Below are positions 48,519-62,329 of a DNA stretch of 64,000 nt, piece by piece. Source of the stretch: Paraspadella gotoi (taxonomy: Eukaryota > Animalia > Chaetognatha). Every line of letters starts with the position of its first letter. Within the stretch, counting starts at the first letter, position 1. A program made the translations under genes and the position numbers. The stretch lies in contig CM119263.1 of assembly GCA_051294375.1 (NCBI GenBank), forward strand, positions 26,504,258 through 26,568,257. Direction: 5' to 3'. Below the pieces are notes generated by a model, which saw nothing but the letters and a program-made list of their open reading frames with translations, had not been told where the DNA came from and ran no database searches.

Positions 48519-49409
48519 AGCCGATAAAAAAATGGTGAACTTACGTGTGGAGAATGCGAATTCAACGAAAGGGATGAAAGGCGAGAAACAAAAACCAAAA
48601 GAGATTTAATGGAAGATTTAAGACAAAAGGGAGAAGATTGATAAACGTGGAGAAAGCAGGAGAGAGAAGAGAGAAGAGGACCGAAGAGCGAGAGGGCAGA
48701 GAGATGAGAAAGAGAGAGAGAGCGACGAATTAGAGTGGAAAGAACGTGTGAGAGAGAGCGGACGAGAGAGTGCGGAAGACAAAAGAGTGGGAGAGAAGAG
48801 AGCATGGATAGTATTAAGAGGGAGATCGAGGAGAGAGACGAGAGGAGAGCGAACAGAGAGAAGAGAAATTATTTCCAAAATCTTCACAGTGAGTTCAAAT
48901 TCCGAAAGAGGATTAGAAAAAAAATATGTGAAAATGAAAGGAAAGGAATGAAAAAAAAAAAAAAAAAAAAAAAATCAAGAAAATGTAAAGCTGACTTAAA
49001 AAAAAAGAAAAAAAAGAAAAAGCTAAAGTAAAGTAAAGTAAAGTAAAGTAAAAGTAAATCAGTAAAAATGTAAATTAAAAGAAAAGAAAAGAAAAAGAAA
49101 AGAAAAAAGAAAAAAAGAAAAAGAGAAAAGAAGAAGAAGAAAGAAAGAAGAAAGAAAGAAAGATAAAGAAAAAGAGAAAGAAAGAAAGAAAGAAAAAGAA
49201 ATGAAAGAAAGAAAGAAAGAAAAAGAAAGAAAAAAAGACAAATAAGAAAGGAAACGGAAAAAAAAAAAAAAAGAAAAAAAAGGGGAACAAAGGAAAAAAG
49301 AAGCAGGGCGACGGAAGGAGAGAAGCGCAGAAAAGAAAAGAAAAGAAAGAAGAAAAAGAAAGGAAAAGAAAAGAAAAGAAAGAAAAAGGAAAGAAAAGAA
49401 GGAAAAAGA

Positions 49410-49948
49410 AACAAGAACGGTGCTTCCAATGTATTGCGCCGCATTTTTTTTATTTTTACCCTTGGATCAAGAATAATAACATGACATGACATGAGTAAAA
49501 AACTTTCTTAGCCCTAGTATTCATGACATTTCAGTCTTTTATTCCTTATACTTTTNNNNNNNNNNNNNNNNNNNNNNNNNNNNNNNNNNNNNNNNNNNNN
49601 NNNNNNNNNNNNNNNNNNNNNNNNNNNNNNNNNNNNNNNNNNNNNNNNNNNNNNNNNNNNNNNNNNNNNNNNNNNNNNNNNNNNNNNNNNNNNNNNNNNN
49701 NNNNNNNNNNNTGAAATCGGCGCTAGAAATCCCTTAGATTTGAGGTTTTTTTCCTCTTTTAACAAATGAGCAACCGACTATAGTCGAATTATATGCATTT
49801 TTAAAGTAAGTGGGACAGACTGATGGACAGACATACCAACCGACAGATCGACAGACAAACAGAGAGACCGACCGACGGACCGACCGACGGACCGACCAAA
49901 AAGTGACTTATAGAGTTGCTCCGTGAGTACCCGCGGCGCAACTAAAAA
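49410..49948 (-). mobile_element. DINE-1/HINE-like element, copy 3 (internal gap, expanded GACC/GACG/GACA tract)
   Basis: Same termini as 26644-27011 (aacaagaacgg...ttgcgccgc ... gacttatagagttgctcc..gcggcgcaactaaaaa). Confidence 0.75.
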
Positions 49949-50187
49949 GCGCAAAGATTTGGATAAACCCTCGACGAAAAGAATCGACAAAAGGATATAT
50001 CATTTTAAAGACAAAAGGGCCACAAAATGATCGATGGAAAGAAAGACTTTCCAAGGAAAAAAAGAAAAAGGGAAAGAAAGAGTAAAGAGATGGGGTGGGG
50101 GAAAGAAAAGGGCGCTAAGGATCCTTGAAAAAGCGATAAAGTTGATTCAAGTCGATGTGGAGTGAGACGATAAAACCTCTCGATTCC

Positions 50188-50221
<34 letters not shown>

Positions 50222-50377
50222 CCGCCGAAGTCGAGCAGACAATCGTTACTTCGAAAAGAAAAGCTCGCTCACAATAAAATTTCCATTACGCGAGGATAAC
50301 GATTTCTGCTCGCGTGAATGCGAATGGAAGATGCCGATGGAAATTCTCTCTCTCTCTCCCTGTTCTCTCTCTCTCTC

Positions 50378-50415
<38 letters not shown>

Positions 50416-50691
50416 CTCGTTCTCTCTCTCTCTCCTCTCTCTCTCCTCTCTCTCTCTCCGGGAAATCTCTCTCTTCNNNNNNNNNNNNNNNNNNNNNNNN
50501 NATGTAGTTTTCTTTGTAGTCGTTAGTCGTGGATCGTTTCTAAAGATTTTTATTGAATTTGAAAAGTGAAAGGAAAAATAAAAGATTCTATTTGAATACG
50601 ACGGAATGGGTCGTTCTGTCCAGAGGTTAAATTAACTTATCTGTGATTGACTCTCTCTTTAACTTACCCTTTCCACCCAACCCTTACCCAG

Positions 50692-53600
50692 GCCCGGCCA
50701 AGATCAACGACCCACCCCGCAACCAGATCGGCGTCGCCGGCGGCATCGCCTCCTTCTTCTGTCGCGCTTCCGGAAATCCGAAGCCAAGTTTCGAGTGGCG
50801 CAAAAACGGGAAGAGGATTTCGGGCGAGGCTGGTAAGTTGTGGTTGTTGTTGTCGTTGTTGATGGCCTGGTGGGTCGGATTGGTAAATTGTTTTATTTGA
50901 CGCTGGTGGTTTCCATTGTGGCCCGGAATATTCAGGAGTGAGCGAACTAAGTGTCAGTTGTGAGATATTGCTACGCTGCAGTCCCACCTTCGCTCTTAAA
51001 AGTTACGCCTTTTGGAAGAGTTAGGGAAGATAACATGAGACTCTCCTTCCACATTAAAAAAATTGTTCAGACATCACATCACATGCAGTCTCAGAATTTC
51101 ATATGAAGGTTTAAATTTTAAAAACAGAGAGCGTTTCAATGGAGATTTTCGTTCAATCTGACCTACGCAAACAATAAACGCTCCTGTAAAACTGTAAAAT
51201 ATCGATTGTAAAACACTATTTCGATCCTGTTGCATCTGAGGTCAAAAGCATTTTTTCTCTTGTTCAATAATCAACATCTGATATCAAAACAAGCCAGAAC
51301 AATAGACTGCCTTCTGGACGGAAAATTTTCCACTTCATTTTAAATAGAATAAAGAATTTTTTCCTGAAAACGAATAACGTGACTGAGGTATGTTCCTGTC
51401 AAAATAGTCCAATTTAATCTGTGCAATGCTGAAGCTCTCAATTTTTTTACATTATTATTTTTTAATTATACTATATTAGAATAGTCATTGGTAAATTATT
51501 CAATCTCTCTTGTGNNNNNNNNNNNNNNNNNNNNNNNNNNNNNNNNNNNNNNNNNNNNNNNNNNNNNNNNNNNNNNNNNNNNNNNNNNNNNNNNNNNNNN
51601 NNNNNNNNNNNNNNNNNNNNNNNNNNNNNNNNNNNNNNNNNNNNNNNNNNNNNNNNNNNNNNNNNNNNNNNNNNNNNNNNNNNNNNNNNNNNNNNNNNNN
51701 NNNNNNNNNNNNNNNNNNNNNNNNNNNNNNNNNNNNNNNNNNNNNNNNNNNNNNNNNNNNNNNNNNNNNNNNNNNNNNNNNNNNNNNNNNNNNNNNNNNN
51801 NNNNNNNNNNNNNNNNNNNNNNNNNNNNNNNNNNNNNNNNNNNNNNNNNNNNNNNNNNNNNNNNNNNNNNNNNNNNNNNNNNNNNNNNNNNNNNNNNNNN
51901 NNNNNNNNNNNNNNNNNNNNNNNNNNNNNNNNNNNNNNNNNNNNNNNNNNNNNNNNNNNNNNNNNNNNNNNNNNNNNNNNNNNNNNNNNNNNNNNNNNNN
52001 NNNNNNNNNNNNNNNNNNNNNNNNNNNNNNNNNNNNNNNNNNNNNNNNNNNNNNNNNNNNNNNNNNNNNNNNNNNNNNNNNNNNNNNNNNNNNNNNNNNN
52101 NNNNNNNNNNNNNNNNNNNNNNNNNNNNNNNNNNNNNNNNNNNNNNNNNNNNNNNNNNNNNNNNNNNNNNNNNNNNNNNNNNNNNNNNNNNNNNNNNNNN
52201 NNNNNNNNNNNNNNNNNNNNNNNNGTCTTCCTCGATCTCTAAGAACGACGTAGACTCCTATTCTTATTGTTTTTGTTTGTTTTGTTTTTTTGACGAACAG
52301 CCTCTACGTAGCCTTAGTAATTATTATCAAGTCTAGATTGTGAAATTATCTTTTTCTTTTCCCTTTCCCTGCCAGGTTCGCCCGAGCCTCGAATTGTCTG
52401 GCTCAAAGACTATGTGCCTTTAGACGTTTACAACAATCAGCGCCTTCGATTGATCGAGAAAGGTAAAGCCAAGGGTAAGCCAATTTCGCCGCTCGCAGCG
52501 CCTCATCCCGATCCTAGCGGAATTTAGAAGAAGCACAACCGAAATCAAAAATTTCTGGTTTGGCAACAACAAAAAAAAATTGCTTTTTTTAAAAAAAATT
52601 TTTTTCCACTTTCTTTACGGCTTAAGTTTCGTGTTACCTCTGTAGTTATTAGTTTATATATTATTTCGAAACTTTAGTTCGTTTAGCATTTAGTTTTAGC
52701 ACTTTTTATCGATTTGCTTATAAACTTCAGAACATGACGCTATTCACGTGAGACAATCCTTTCTTACTCTTTGTTAAAACCATTGTGATTATGTTCGATT
52801 GGTTGCTTTCTGTTTCGTTCAGTTTATTTAATATACATAAATTTAAAACGATTAAAAATAGATATAATATTCTTGAATTTTGATTTTTTTATAAAATTTT
52901 AAAAAATGTTAAATTGAGGCGATGTTCGAGGGAAGTTGGCTGCCAATTCGATCACAATGTGGCTTTAATCACGCCAGCCTAGTCTCCACTGTGTCTAGAT
53001 TTTCCTTACGAAATTTAGATTTTCAGTGATCCTGTTTTTAACATCAAGTGAATACAATTCCATTTCTCGTGTCGGCGAATTCACTTTACGCCTTTACTCT
53101 CACTGGATCTTGACAATAAAGAAATTTTCGGGACCTAAGCATGTGATTCACCCATACAACTTTGCTCCTCGTTTGGCTTTAGATGCAATTTGGACGATTA
53201 ATCCGATCTCTCACTGATTTTTAACCAGAACAGAAAATTCATCTCAATTTTTTTCCTTTTTCCTAATTTCAAAACTCCTTCCACATTTCCCGTCCACTCG
53301 CCACTTTTTCATTTCCACATCCTCCTACCCACTACCGCCACAACGACCACACTTCCCGCACACTTTCCCTTCCGCACACCTCCCCACACTTCCCCACAGG
53401 ATCCCTGTTGATCCAACAGGCGAGCGAGAGCGACGAGGGAAAGTACGAATGCGTCGCCACCAACGATAAGGGCACCATATATTCCTACGCCGCCAACTTA
53501 TACGTGAGAGGTGAGGTCGAACTTACTTTTTTTCTTTGCTCCAACTGACTTGAGTATTGGTCACCGAGAAATATGTTTTGTTTATAAATTAACCAAAAAA

Positions 53601-54284
53601 AAATATTCACTTCTTCCGAGAGATGTCGTCTTCCTACCGTAAAAACCGACAATCCCGAACACAAAATTGATACACGGTGGAACCGTTTTATCCTGACACT
53701 TTCGCACGGAATCTAATGTTTTTAATTTTTGTTTTAACTTGTGTCTCATTGTATCGAATGAAGTCTGTCTGTCCTTCTTTCTTTACTTCTTTTTTTTCTC
53801 TCTTAAACTTTTATCTTAAGTTTTCACTTTTATCTTAAGTTTTTTTTATATTTTTCACTATCTTTCTATCAATCTTTACCTTTCCAGTGTCACTATTTCT
53901 GTAAAAAAATAAAAACAAATCTCATTCTGTTCCAACTTTTTCTTTTCCCTTTTACATTTTTTTTATTTTTTGCGGTGTTTTGACAACGCAATCTTCTTTA
54001 TTTTTCTAAAGCACCGTCTCTANNNNNNNNNNNNNNNNNNNNNNNNNNNNNNNNNNNNNNNNNNNNNNNNNNNNNNNNNNNNNNNNNNNNNNNNNNNNNN
54101 NNNNNNNNNGTACTTGTCTCTCTCTCTTTCTAAATCTCGTCTTTTTCTTCTCTCTCTTCTCTCCTTCTCTCGTCTCTCTCTCTCTCTCTCTCTTCAAAAA
54201 ATGTTTTTAGTTCGAGCAAAGGGTAAGAGAAAAACAATACACCTAGAAATATCTCTTTCCCTCCCATCAAAGAAATTTCGATCA

Positions 54285-54340
<56 letters not shown>

Positions 54341-55785
54341 GACTTTTCGTGTCCATGTTAATTAACAATGCTTTTTACTAAAATCAAAGGATTTGGGAAG
54401 GGAAAGAGACACCAAACGAGAGTTAATGAAAGCCTGGCTAACTATATTTAAAATGGAATTAAAAGTTTAAGTAAGTAATAAATTACTATAAAGTATTTTA
54501 GTCTGGTTTTCATCTCACTCCGGCGATCCTCTGTCCGAGTCTAGAAGGTCCTTCCGCGTCCGTATTGATTGATTGAAGCAATCAATCAATCTATGAATCA
54601 ATCAAAAATTAATCCATCATCAATTCAGTTCAAAATCCATCAATATATCTTTATTTTCATCAATCTAACGAGTATCGACCAATCTAGCAATTAATCACGA
54701 GCTTAATTAATTATTCAAAAATTTATTTTTAGATAATAATTCCAAAAATCGTTCCCTGGATCAATCAATCAATCATTGAACGGACACCTTTCACTCTGTC
54801 GCGAAGGATCTTTGCAAAGACTATGCAGACAAATAAGGATCAACTTTTTTTCTTATTTAAAAATTTCAGTTAACGAAAAAAAAATTTCAAATGTAAAATT
54901 GATTATAATTTATAAATTTGGATTCGAATCTCTTTCGTGTTCGTAAATCGTGAAGTCTTCTTTTTTCGTTTTGTTTTAGTTTTTGTTTTTTCTTTACGAA
55001 ACAAATCAAAACATAACGCTTATTTTGGCGCAAAAAAATACTGCAAAATGAATTTTCTTTATGTTATTGTCGTCGCGCCGAGAGCTTTATGTTGCTCTCT
55101 AGTAAAATTATTGTAATAAAATCCTCGATTTAAAAAAAAAAAATTAAAAAAAAGAGAAAACAAAAAAATCAAAAATTTCTTCTTCAAAGAAACGAAAAAA
55201 ACAAAATCTTCCCTCCCTGATTTTCTTCATCAAAAAAGCCACTTCAAAACAAAAATAAAAGAACATCAACAAACAAACAAACAAACAAGCAACTTCAATA
55301 CTTATTTTTTTCCCTTATGGTCAAAAACTACCCTTCCTGCTCAACCAAAACTCTCAAAACACTCCGGAAAAAAATCGTATCATTTAAAATCAAGACTTGT
55401 CCTTGTCTTTTTTAGTTAATTGAAATGTAGTACAGACATAGATAATAGTTTTTGAAACAATGAAAAATTCTAAAAAAATTGATTTCTTTAATTTTGTTTT
55501 TCATATATATATATTGTCTTTGAGTTAAATTAGATTTCTTCGTTCCCCCACTTTCCTTCTTCTTTCATCCCTTACCCTTCACTCCCCACCATCTTCCTTA
55601 ACTTTACCATCCTCACATTTTTTGGACGGAATCCCCGCTCGGTTGTCCCCCCCCCTCGCCTGCTCTCTTTGTGCTCTTCGCCTGCCGCCCCGCCCACTTT
55701 GCTCGCTTCAAAATCACACGACTGACGGGGTCGCCTTTTGATTCTTTTTTGTTTTTCCCTTAACCGCTCTCTCTCTCTCTCTCCT

Positions 55786-55867
<82 letters not shown>

Positions 55868-58800
55868 GTTTCGATTCGTGACCCGCATTTCGACGCTGCT
55901 TGCTCGTATCATCGTCGTCGATTGTTTTGTATTGTTTTTGTTTTGGTTAACGTTGTATGTTTCGACGTTAACGCGCTGGCATGCATCTTCCCCTACGGCT
56001 CTGCGCCGTCGCTGCCGTCCCTCGCCGTCCCTGCCTCCACCGCCCTACCCAACTTTCTTTCTATCCTTCGCCCTCTTCTTTCTTTCCTCTTTTTCGTCTT
56101 CGATCTTTCTCACCTTCACTGAAACACGCTCGTTGCTTTTCTTACCTTTCCTTACTTACCCATTCAACATTACCCACCCACCTTGGTCACCCTTCCCCTC
56201 TTACAACCGCCCACCTTCCCACAACCGCCACCATCCCCCCACCATCTTGTGTCGGGCAGTGCGCCGCGTCCCTCCCCACTTCTCCATTCCGCCCGATGGG
56301 TCGTACGAGGTGATTCCGGGCAACGACCTCAACATCACCTGCGTGGCCGTCGGGTCACCGATGCCTTTTGTCAAGTGGAGACTCGGTGAGGAGAAGATGG
56401 GTCAAAATCAATCAATCAATCAAGAGATCCATCATTTAATCAACTAGCTTAAATATTATACCGAATATTATAATGAGTTAGGTCAAATAAAACTATAAAT
56501 AATGAATAAGTCCTCAACTGATAATCGCTCAAATTGACCTTGTTAATTGAGAATTTTAATCAATAAAATCAATTGTAACTTGATATCAATCAATCAATCA
56601 ATCAATAGATTTTCTCGAATCAATCCATCCTCTCGATAAAACATAAAAAACAAGAAACAATCTCTCAAATCAATCGGTCAATCAAACAATCGGTCAATCA
56701 ATCATTCTTCATCTCATAGGCGATCGCGATCTCACGCTCGAAGACGAAGTCCCAGTTGGCAGAAACATCCTGATGTTGACGAACATCTTGGAGTCGAGGA
56801 ACTACACTTGCGTCGCATCCTCGGACTTGGGCAACATTGAAGTAGTGACCAGAGTCAAAGTCAAAGGTGGGTCCCTTCGCGTTTTCGATTCGTTTTCTGA
56901 TGATAAATTACTATGCCGAGTGGATATATCCATAATTTTGGCCCCTTTTTTATGTTTCGATTAAACTAAAAATATAGAGATTACTAAGTGAGAGATTTTA
57001 GGGTAAATTTCTAATATGTGAAATGAAATTTTTATACAAAAATTAATTCTTAATTACATTTGGAAAATAAATGTAATTTTTTTTTCAAACTTTCTTTTTT
57101 CAGATTCGGGTAAGAAATTTATTTTTTTGCAAAAAAACAAAATTATCTCCTTTTTTTAAATATATTTTTATAACTACTTTTTCTCCGCTTAAAGGTTGAT
57201 TGAAAATAGTTGAAAATTAGATAGTAAAATCTTTATTATAGAGCCTTTTCTTTTCTGCCAATTACGGTATTACCCATTTAATACTGAGAGAAAAGTACAA
57301 ATGGTCGATTTCGTGGTTTTGGTCCAAACTCGTTCTGTGCCATAGCATAGAAGTTACGGTAATTTTTATAACCGATTTTTTTAAATAATATATTTTTTCC
57401 TACTTTGCTTGGAGCAACCAAAAAGAGCATTCTATTATCATGAAGGAGAGAGACCTACTTGCCATAATGATTGATTGTTTCGAGCGCAATTAGACTAAAC
57501 ATTTTCGATTTGCTTGACAGCACTTCCCAAGCAATAAGACTAAACATTTGCGATTTGCTTGACAGCACTTCCCAAGCCTTCAACGCAGCTCAAGACCATC
57601 GAAGTAGAACACAATGCGGTCAAGCTGGATTGGAGGTGAAGATCGATTCCATTTATACCAATTTAAATTTTCATAATCTCTCTCGGTTCCTCTTTCATGT
57701 AATAATATTATATATATTAAATGCGAATATCCTGATTTAATGGTTAGAAACAGTTTTCATTAAACTTTAATGATTTTAGAAATGAAAGAACAACCTGAAC
57801 TTATTAATCGGTTTAACAAATATACAATGGAAATTGACGTAAGAAATATAAGTTATCAAAGTAATTAAAAAAATAAATTCGTTCAGGTTTGACCAGATGA
57901 AGGTTCAACCCATTCAGTATTTCATCATCCTCTACAAAAATCACCGAAAAGATCAGGCCTTTACAGGTAAGTCGTGCAAGGGACGCGGGACGAGGTAAAA
58001 AAGTCTAGACATTTCAAAGTGGTGAAGTCAGGTGATCTGTCTCGCTCTCTCTCTCTCTCTCTCCCTCCCACCCTTTCCAGAAATCCCCGAGATCAACGGC
58101 CCGCCGTACCGCGTGACCGGCCTTCGTCCGCACGTCGAGTACGAATTCCGCGTCGTGGCCGTGAACACGATCGGACGCGGTCCACCCAGCGCACCCATCT
58201 ACGTGACCACGGACGAGCTGGCTCCCGACGGTCCGCCCAGGAACGTGCGGTCGAGGCCCCTCTCTCGAACAACCATCCTCGTCCAGTGGGACGCGCCAGA
58301 GTTTCCCAACGGAAAGATCCTGGTGAGTTTCTGTCAGTTAAATTTCGAGCTTAATAAAGTTTTTATCGAAGGGTGAAACTTAAAGTTGAGTTGTCAGCAA
58401 AATCGCTGATAGTCAAATTGAGCTATGATGCTAATAGATAAGTATATTGATTAGTAAAAGTCAAACGTGATTGACATACGTTAGACCAGGTCTAATCAGC
58501 CGTCAGCGAAGCCTCATAACCCTTTTACCAGCAAGACAATCAAATTCCAAGCAAAAACACAACCTTTTTCATCACAACCTTATCTCAATTCCATCTCAGG
58601 GATACCGCGTCTACTACACGACCAACTCTAACTTACCCATCGGTCAGTGGAAAATGGCGACGTCGAAAAACGGGGCGGAATCCGTCACCATTAGCAACAT
58701 GATCCCCATGACAATGTACACCACCCGCGTTCTCGCCTTTAATTCAAAGGTGAGGCCAAAGTGTTACAGAGCGAATGCGCTATTTTATTGTCTTTTATTG

Positions 58801-58947
58801 TGTTTGATGTTATTAATCTTAATGTCTAATATTATTATCAATAGTATTTTTAGTATTATAAGTATTGATATTTTAATTTATATTTCTTTTTTTTTCAGGG
58901 AGACGGGCCTCCATCCAAACCGGAACAAATAATTACCCAACAAGGAG
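50692..58947 (+). CDS. Lar: LAR-family (type IIa) receptor protein tyrosine phosphatase, partial: Ig1-Ig3 and FN3-1/2 exons; continues beyond window
   Basis: Exons 50692-50832, (gap), 52376-52462, 53400-53510, 56260-56385, 56720-56866, 57566-57635, 57887-57966, 58081-58322, 58600-58749, 58899-58947; motifs [82 protein letters not shown]. Confidence 0.95.
54211..54222 (+). CDS. Candidate 12-nt microexon (meB equivalent, VRAK) of the LAR gene
   Basis: Pyrimidine tract + tttttag|TTCGAGCAAAGG|gtaaga, phase 1-1, in the intron between YVR and VRRVPP. Confidence 0.6.
57486..57577 (+). repeat. 45-bp tandem duplication spanning a LAR splice acceptor
   Basis: gcaatwagactaaacatttkcgatttgcttgacagcacttcccaa x2. 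Confidence 0.85.
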
Positions 58948-59910
58948 GTGAGTACAAACCGGTGATTAATTTGCATGATTTTGTCCTTCACTCGTTTTTG
59001 CTCTCTCACCCGTTTTTCTGCCATACGCGCTATTTAGGTTGATTATATTTTTATTTCTAGACATTTTATTTTTATATACCTCGCGAAAATGGTAGATTTA
59101 ATCCTGGTAACACACGATTTCGTATTTCATAATTTTCTTTTTTTTTTTTCGATTTTAAAAAAATCCCAAAAGATTCAACCCAGAAACCGAATACGTATTT
59201 TCATCCATCAGGTAGTAAGTTCCGCTATCGTTCAATTTTTGACACGCTGTCACATCCAGAGAGGGTCCCCAGATCGTTTTTGTCTACACTCCCGGTTCAG
59301 ACCGCAAGATGCATGTGTGGTTCGTTTTTAAATGAAAATTTATCGATACAAGAAAAGTTCAGAATTTCCTTTGGGTTTATTGTTTATTGTTTATTGTTTA
59401 TTGTTTATTGTTTATTGTTTATTGTTTATTGCGAGTGAGACAATTGGCTGCACTAATACATTTGGATTGCAGTGAAGGCTTAATCGTCCATAAACAACGA
59501 ATCAGACTTTTGTGTTTAAAAAAAAAAATGTTTTATATTTTTCATCTTCGTTGTATTTTGCATAAAATGTTATAAAACAATTTTTTTATATCTTTTCATA
59601 CATGTGCAAAGAAGAATACCAGACGAATAGCAGGCGAATACCAAGAGAAACAGAAAAACGCAAACGAAAAAAAAAGTAAAAGTAAAAGTAAAAGTAAAAG
59701 TAAAAGTAAAAAAAGGTTATATGAAGTTACCTATATTGGTACAAGTACACCTAAGCAAGTGATATCCTCAGTAATAAAAAAAAAGACAATTATGTACAAT
59801 GCCGCAATCTAATAACTAAAACCTTATAAAAAAAAAAAGTAACCGCGCCTGCGGCCCAAAGCAACCAAAAGCAAAACATAAAATCAAGTCTATTTATTGA
59901 CGTCATTTCT

Positions 59911-61168
59911 TCATTCTTCGGCTTCTCCTACAATCTTGACGACGGCGTCTCCAAACATCCCGGCCGACGCCTCATCCAGAAACAGCGGGGTCTCGATGAG
60001 CTCCACCTCCATCAAATAAGCGACCCCGTCTTTCTCCAGCCTCACTCGCAACGGCTCGTCCGCTTCCTTCGCACGCCCGCGACTCCTTCCGCCATTGTCG
60101 ACAACTACATCAACCCTGGCGTAAAGCAAATCTCCCTCCACCAGATCCTACACCCCCGAAGCCGCCTCCACCATCCGCTGGTCCGGAACGCACCTGCGGA
60201 ACCGCTGGCCGCCCTCGACGCGTCCGGGCCCGTGGCGGGGCGAGGTGGCCACGGCGTGACTGAAGCGACGAGAGAGGAAGACCAAGTTGATCTCCCACTC
60301 GGTGTCGATGGCATCGAGGTATTCTTGGATCATAACCCCTGAGCCGGAACCGATTTGGGAGCGGAGGCGGCGTTCGTTGGCGTCGGACATTTTGGAAACT
60401 TGGAAGCACCATTGGGATACGGCGTCTTGGGAGGAGGAAGTGGAGGAAAAGTAGAGGAATAATTTAAATTTAAAGATATCCAGTAATGATAAAAAGAAAT
60501 TTAGGATTAAAAATATTAATTTAATGATTAATCTAAAAAAAAAATAAAACCTAACAAATTAACAAAATATTTTTTAAAAAATTAATTAAATAATTAATTA
60601 AATATTTAATTCGAAACTGTGTCTACTTCAATTGACAATTAAAACAAAAAATAAATGAAACTCACCACAACCAATGATAGGCTTAACGACGCCCGTCCGG
60701 AATCCCCTCTTCTCCAACTCTCCCTTCAAGTCGACCTCTTCGATGTCTTCGACTCCGTCCAACCACCAAGTCTTCGTCAGCTCAACTCCCTCGGGCAAAC
60801 CTTTCTCCTCGCAAATATGTCTTCTCCATATTTTTCCGGACGACGTTGACGGAATTGAGCACGGTGACCCCCAACTTCTCCAGCCGGTCGAGCCAGCTTC
60901 GGAAGCGGGTCACGTGATGGATGTAGTTGTAGCATCCGCGGAGGACGACGTAGTGGAAGCGACTCCAGTCGACGGACTCGTCCTCCCATGGAACCTCGAC
61001 CACGAGGGAGTTTGGGACGCGAGATTCGATGCTGGGGATCAGGAGGGCGTCGCCTTTGACGAGGAAAGGGTAGAACGATGTTGCTTAATTAACTTTGTCG
61101 ATATCTATGTTATTTGTTTATAATTTAATACCTTTAATGGTTTTGTTAGATCGTCTCAATTGCCGCAT
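59911..61168 (-). CDS. ATP-grasp ligase of the DcsG/RimK-like group, 3 exons, copy 1 (one frameshift and one TAG in this assembly)
   Basis: Exons 61168-61132, 61083-60666, 60425-59911; motifs VPWEDESVDWSRF, VLNS..VV..NMEKTYL, VVKP, VMIQEYL, E.NLVF...FSHAV, LLYARVD, LMEVELIETPLFL. Confidence 0.8.
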
Positions 61169-62329
61169 TTGACTTCGAGTTTCTCTCATCCGTCTTGTCT
61201 CTTTCTGTTGTCTCATTTTCCTCATTCCTCTCATTCCCCTCATTTCCCTCTTTCCCCTCATTTCCTTCATTTTCCTCATTCCTCTCATTTCCCTCATTCC
61301 CATATTTCTTTTTTTTTCAGGGGAGACGGCCCTCCATCCAAAACCGAGAACAAATAATTACCCAACAAGTAGTGAGTACAACCGGTGATAATTTGCATGA
61401 TTTTGTCCTTCACTCGTTTTATGCTCTCTCACCCGTTTTTCTGCCATACGCGCTATTTAGCGTTGATTATATTTTATTTCTAGACATTTTATTATATACT
61501 CGCGAAAAGGGTAGAATTTAATCCTGGTAACACACGATTTTCTATTTCATATATTTCTTTTTTTTTTTTTCGATTTTAAAAAAATCCCAAAAGATTCAAC
61601 CCATGAAACGAATACGTATTTTCATCCATCAGAGTAAGTTCCGCTATCGTTCAATTTTTGAACACGCTGTCACATCCAGAGAGGGTCCCCAGTCGTTTTT
61701 TGTCTACCACTCCGTTTCAGACCCGCAAGATTGCATGTGTTGGTTCGTTTTTAAATGAGAAAATTTAGTCGATACAAGAAAAGTTCAGAATTTCCTTTGG
61801 GTTTATTGTTTATTGTTTATTGTTTATTGTTTATTGTTTATGTTTATTTATGTTTAGCGAGTGAGACAATTGGCTGCACTAATACATTTGGGGATTGCAG
61901 TTGAAGACTTAATCATCCAAAAACAAACCGAATCAGGACTTTTGTGTTAAAAAAAAAAATGTTTATATTTTCATCTTCGTTGTATTTTTGCATAAAATGT
62001 TATAAAACAATTTTTTTATATCTTTTCAAACATGTGCAAAGAAGAATACAGACGAATAGCAGGCGAATACCAAGAGAAACAGAAAAAAACGCAAACGAAA
62101 AAAAGTAAAAGTAAAAGTAAAAGTAAAAGTAAAAAGTAAAAAAGTAAAAGGTTATATTGAAGTTACCTATATTGGTACAAGTACACCTAAGCAAGTGATA
62201 TCCTCAGTAATAAAAAAAAAACAATTATGGTACAATGCCGCAATCTAATACTAAAACCTTATAAAAAAAAAGTAACCGCGCCTACGGCCCAAAGCAACCA
62301 AAAGCAAAACATAAATCAAGTCATTTCTT

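Noticed and set aside
51488-52336. Long ORFs of X residues (also 512-1273, 49514-49765)
   Set aside because: They run through N gaps; the 51.5-52.2 kb gap probably hides LAR Ig1/Ig2 exons
59911-61168. Bacterial contamination as the source of the ATP-grasp gene
   Set aside because: It has GT-AG introns with AT-rich host-like sequence and is contiguous with LAR exons
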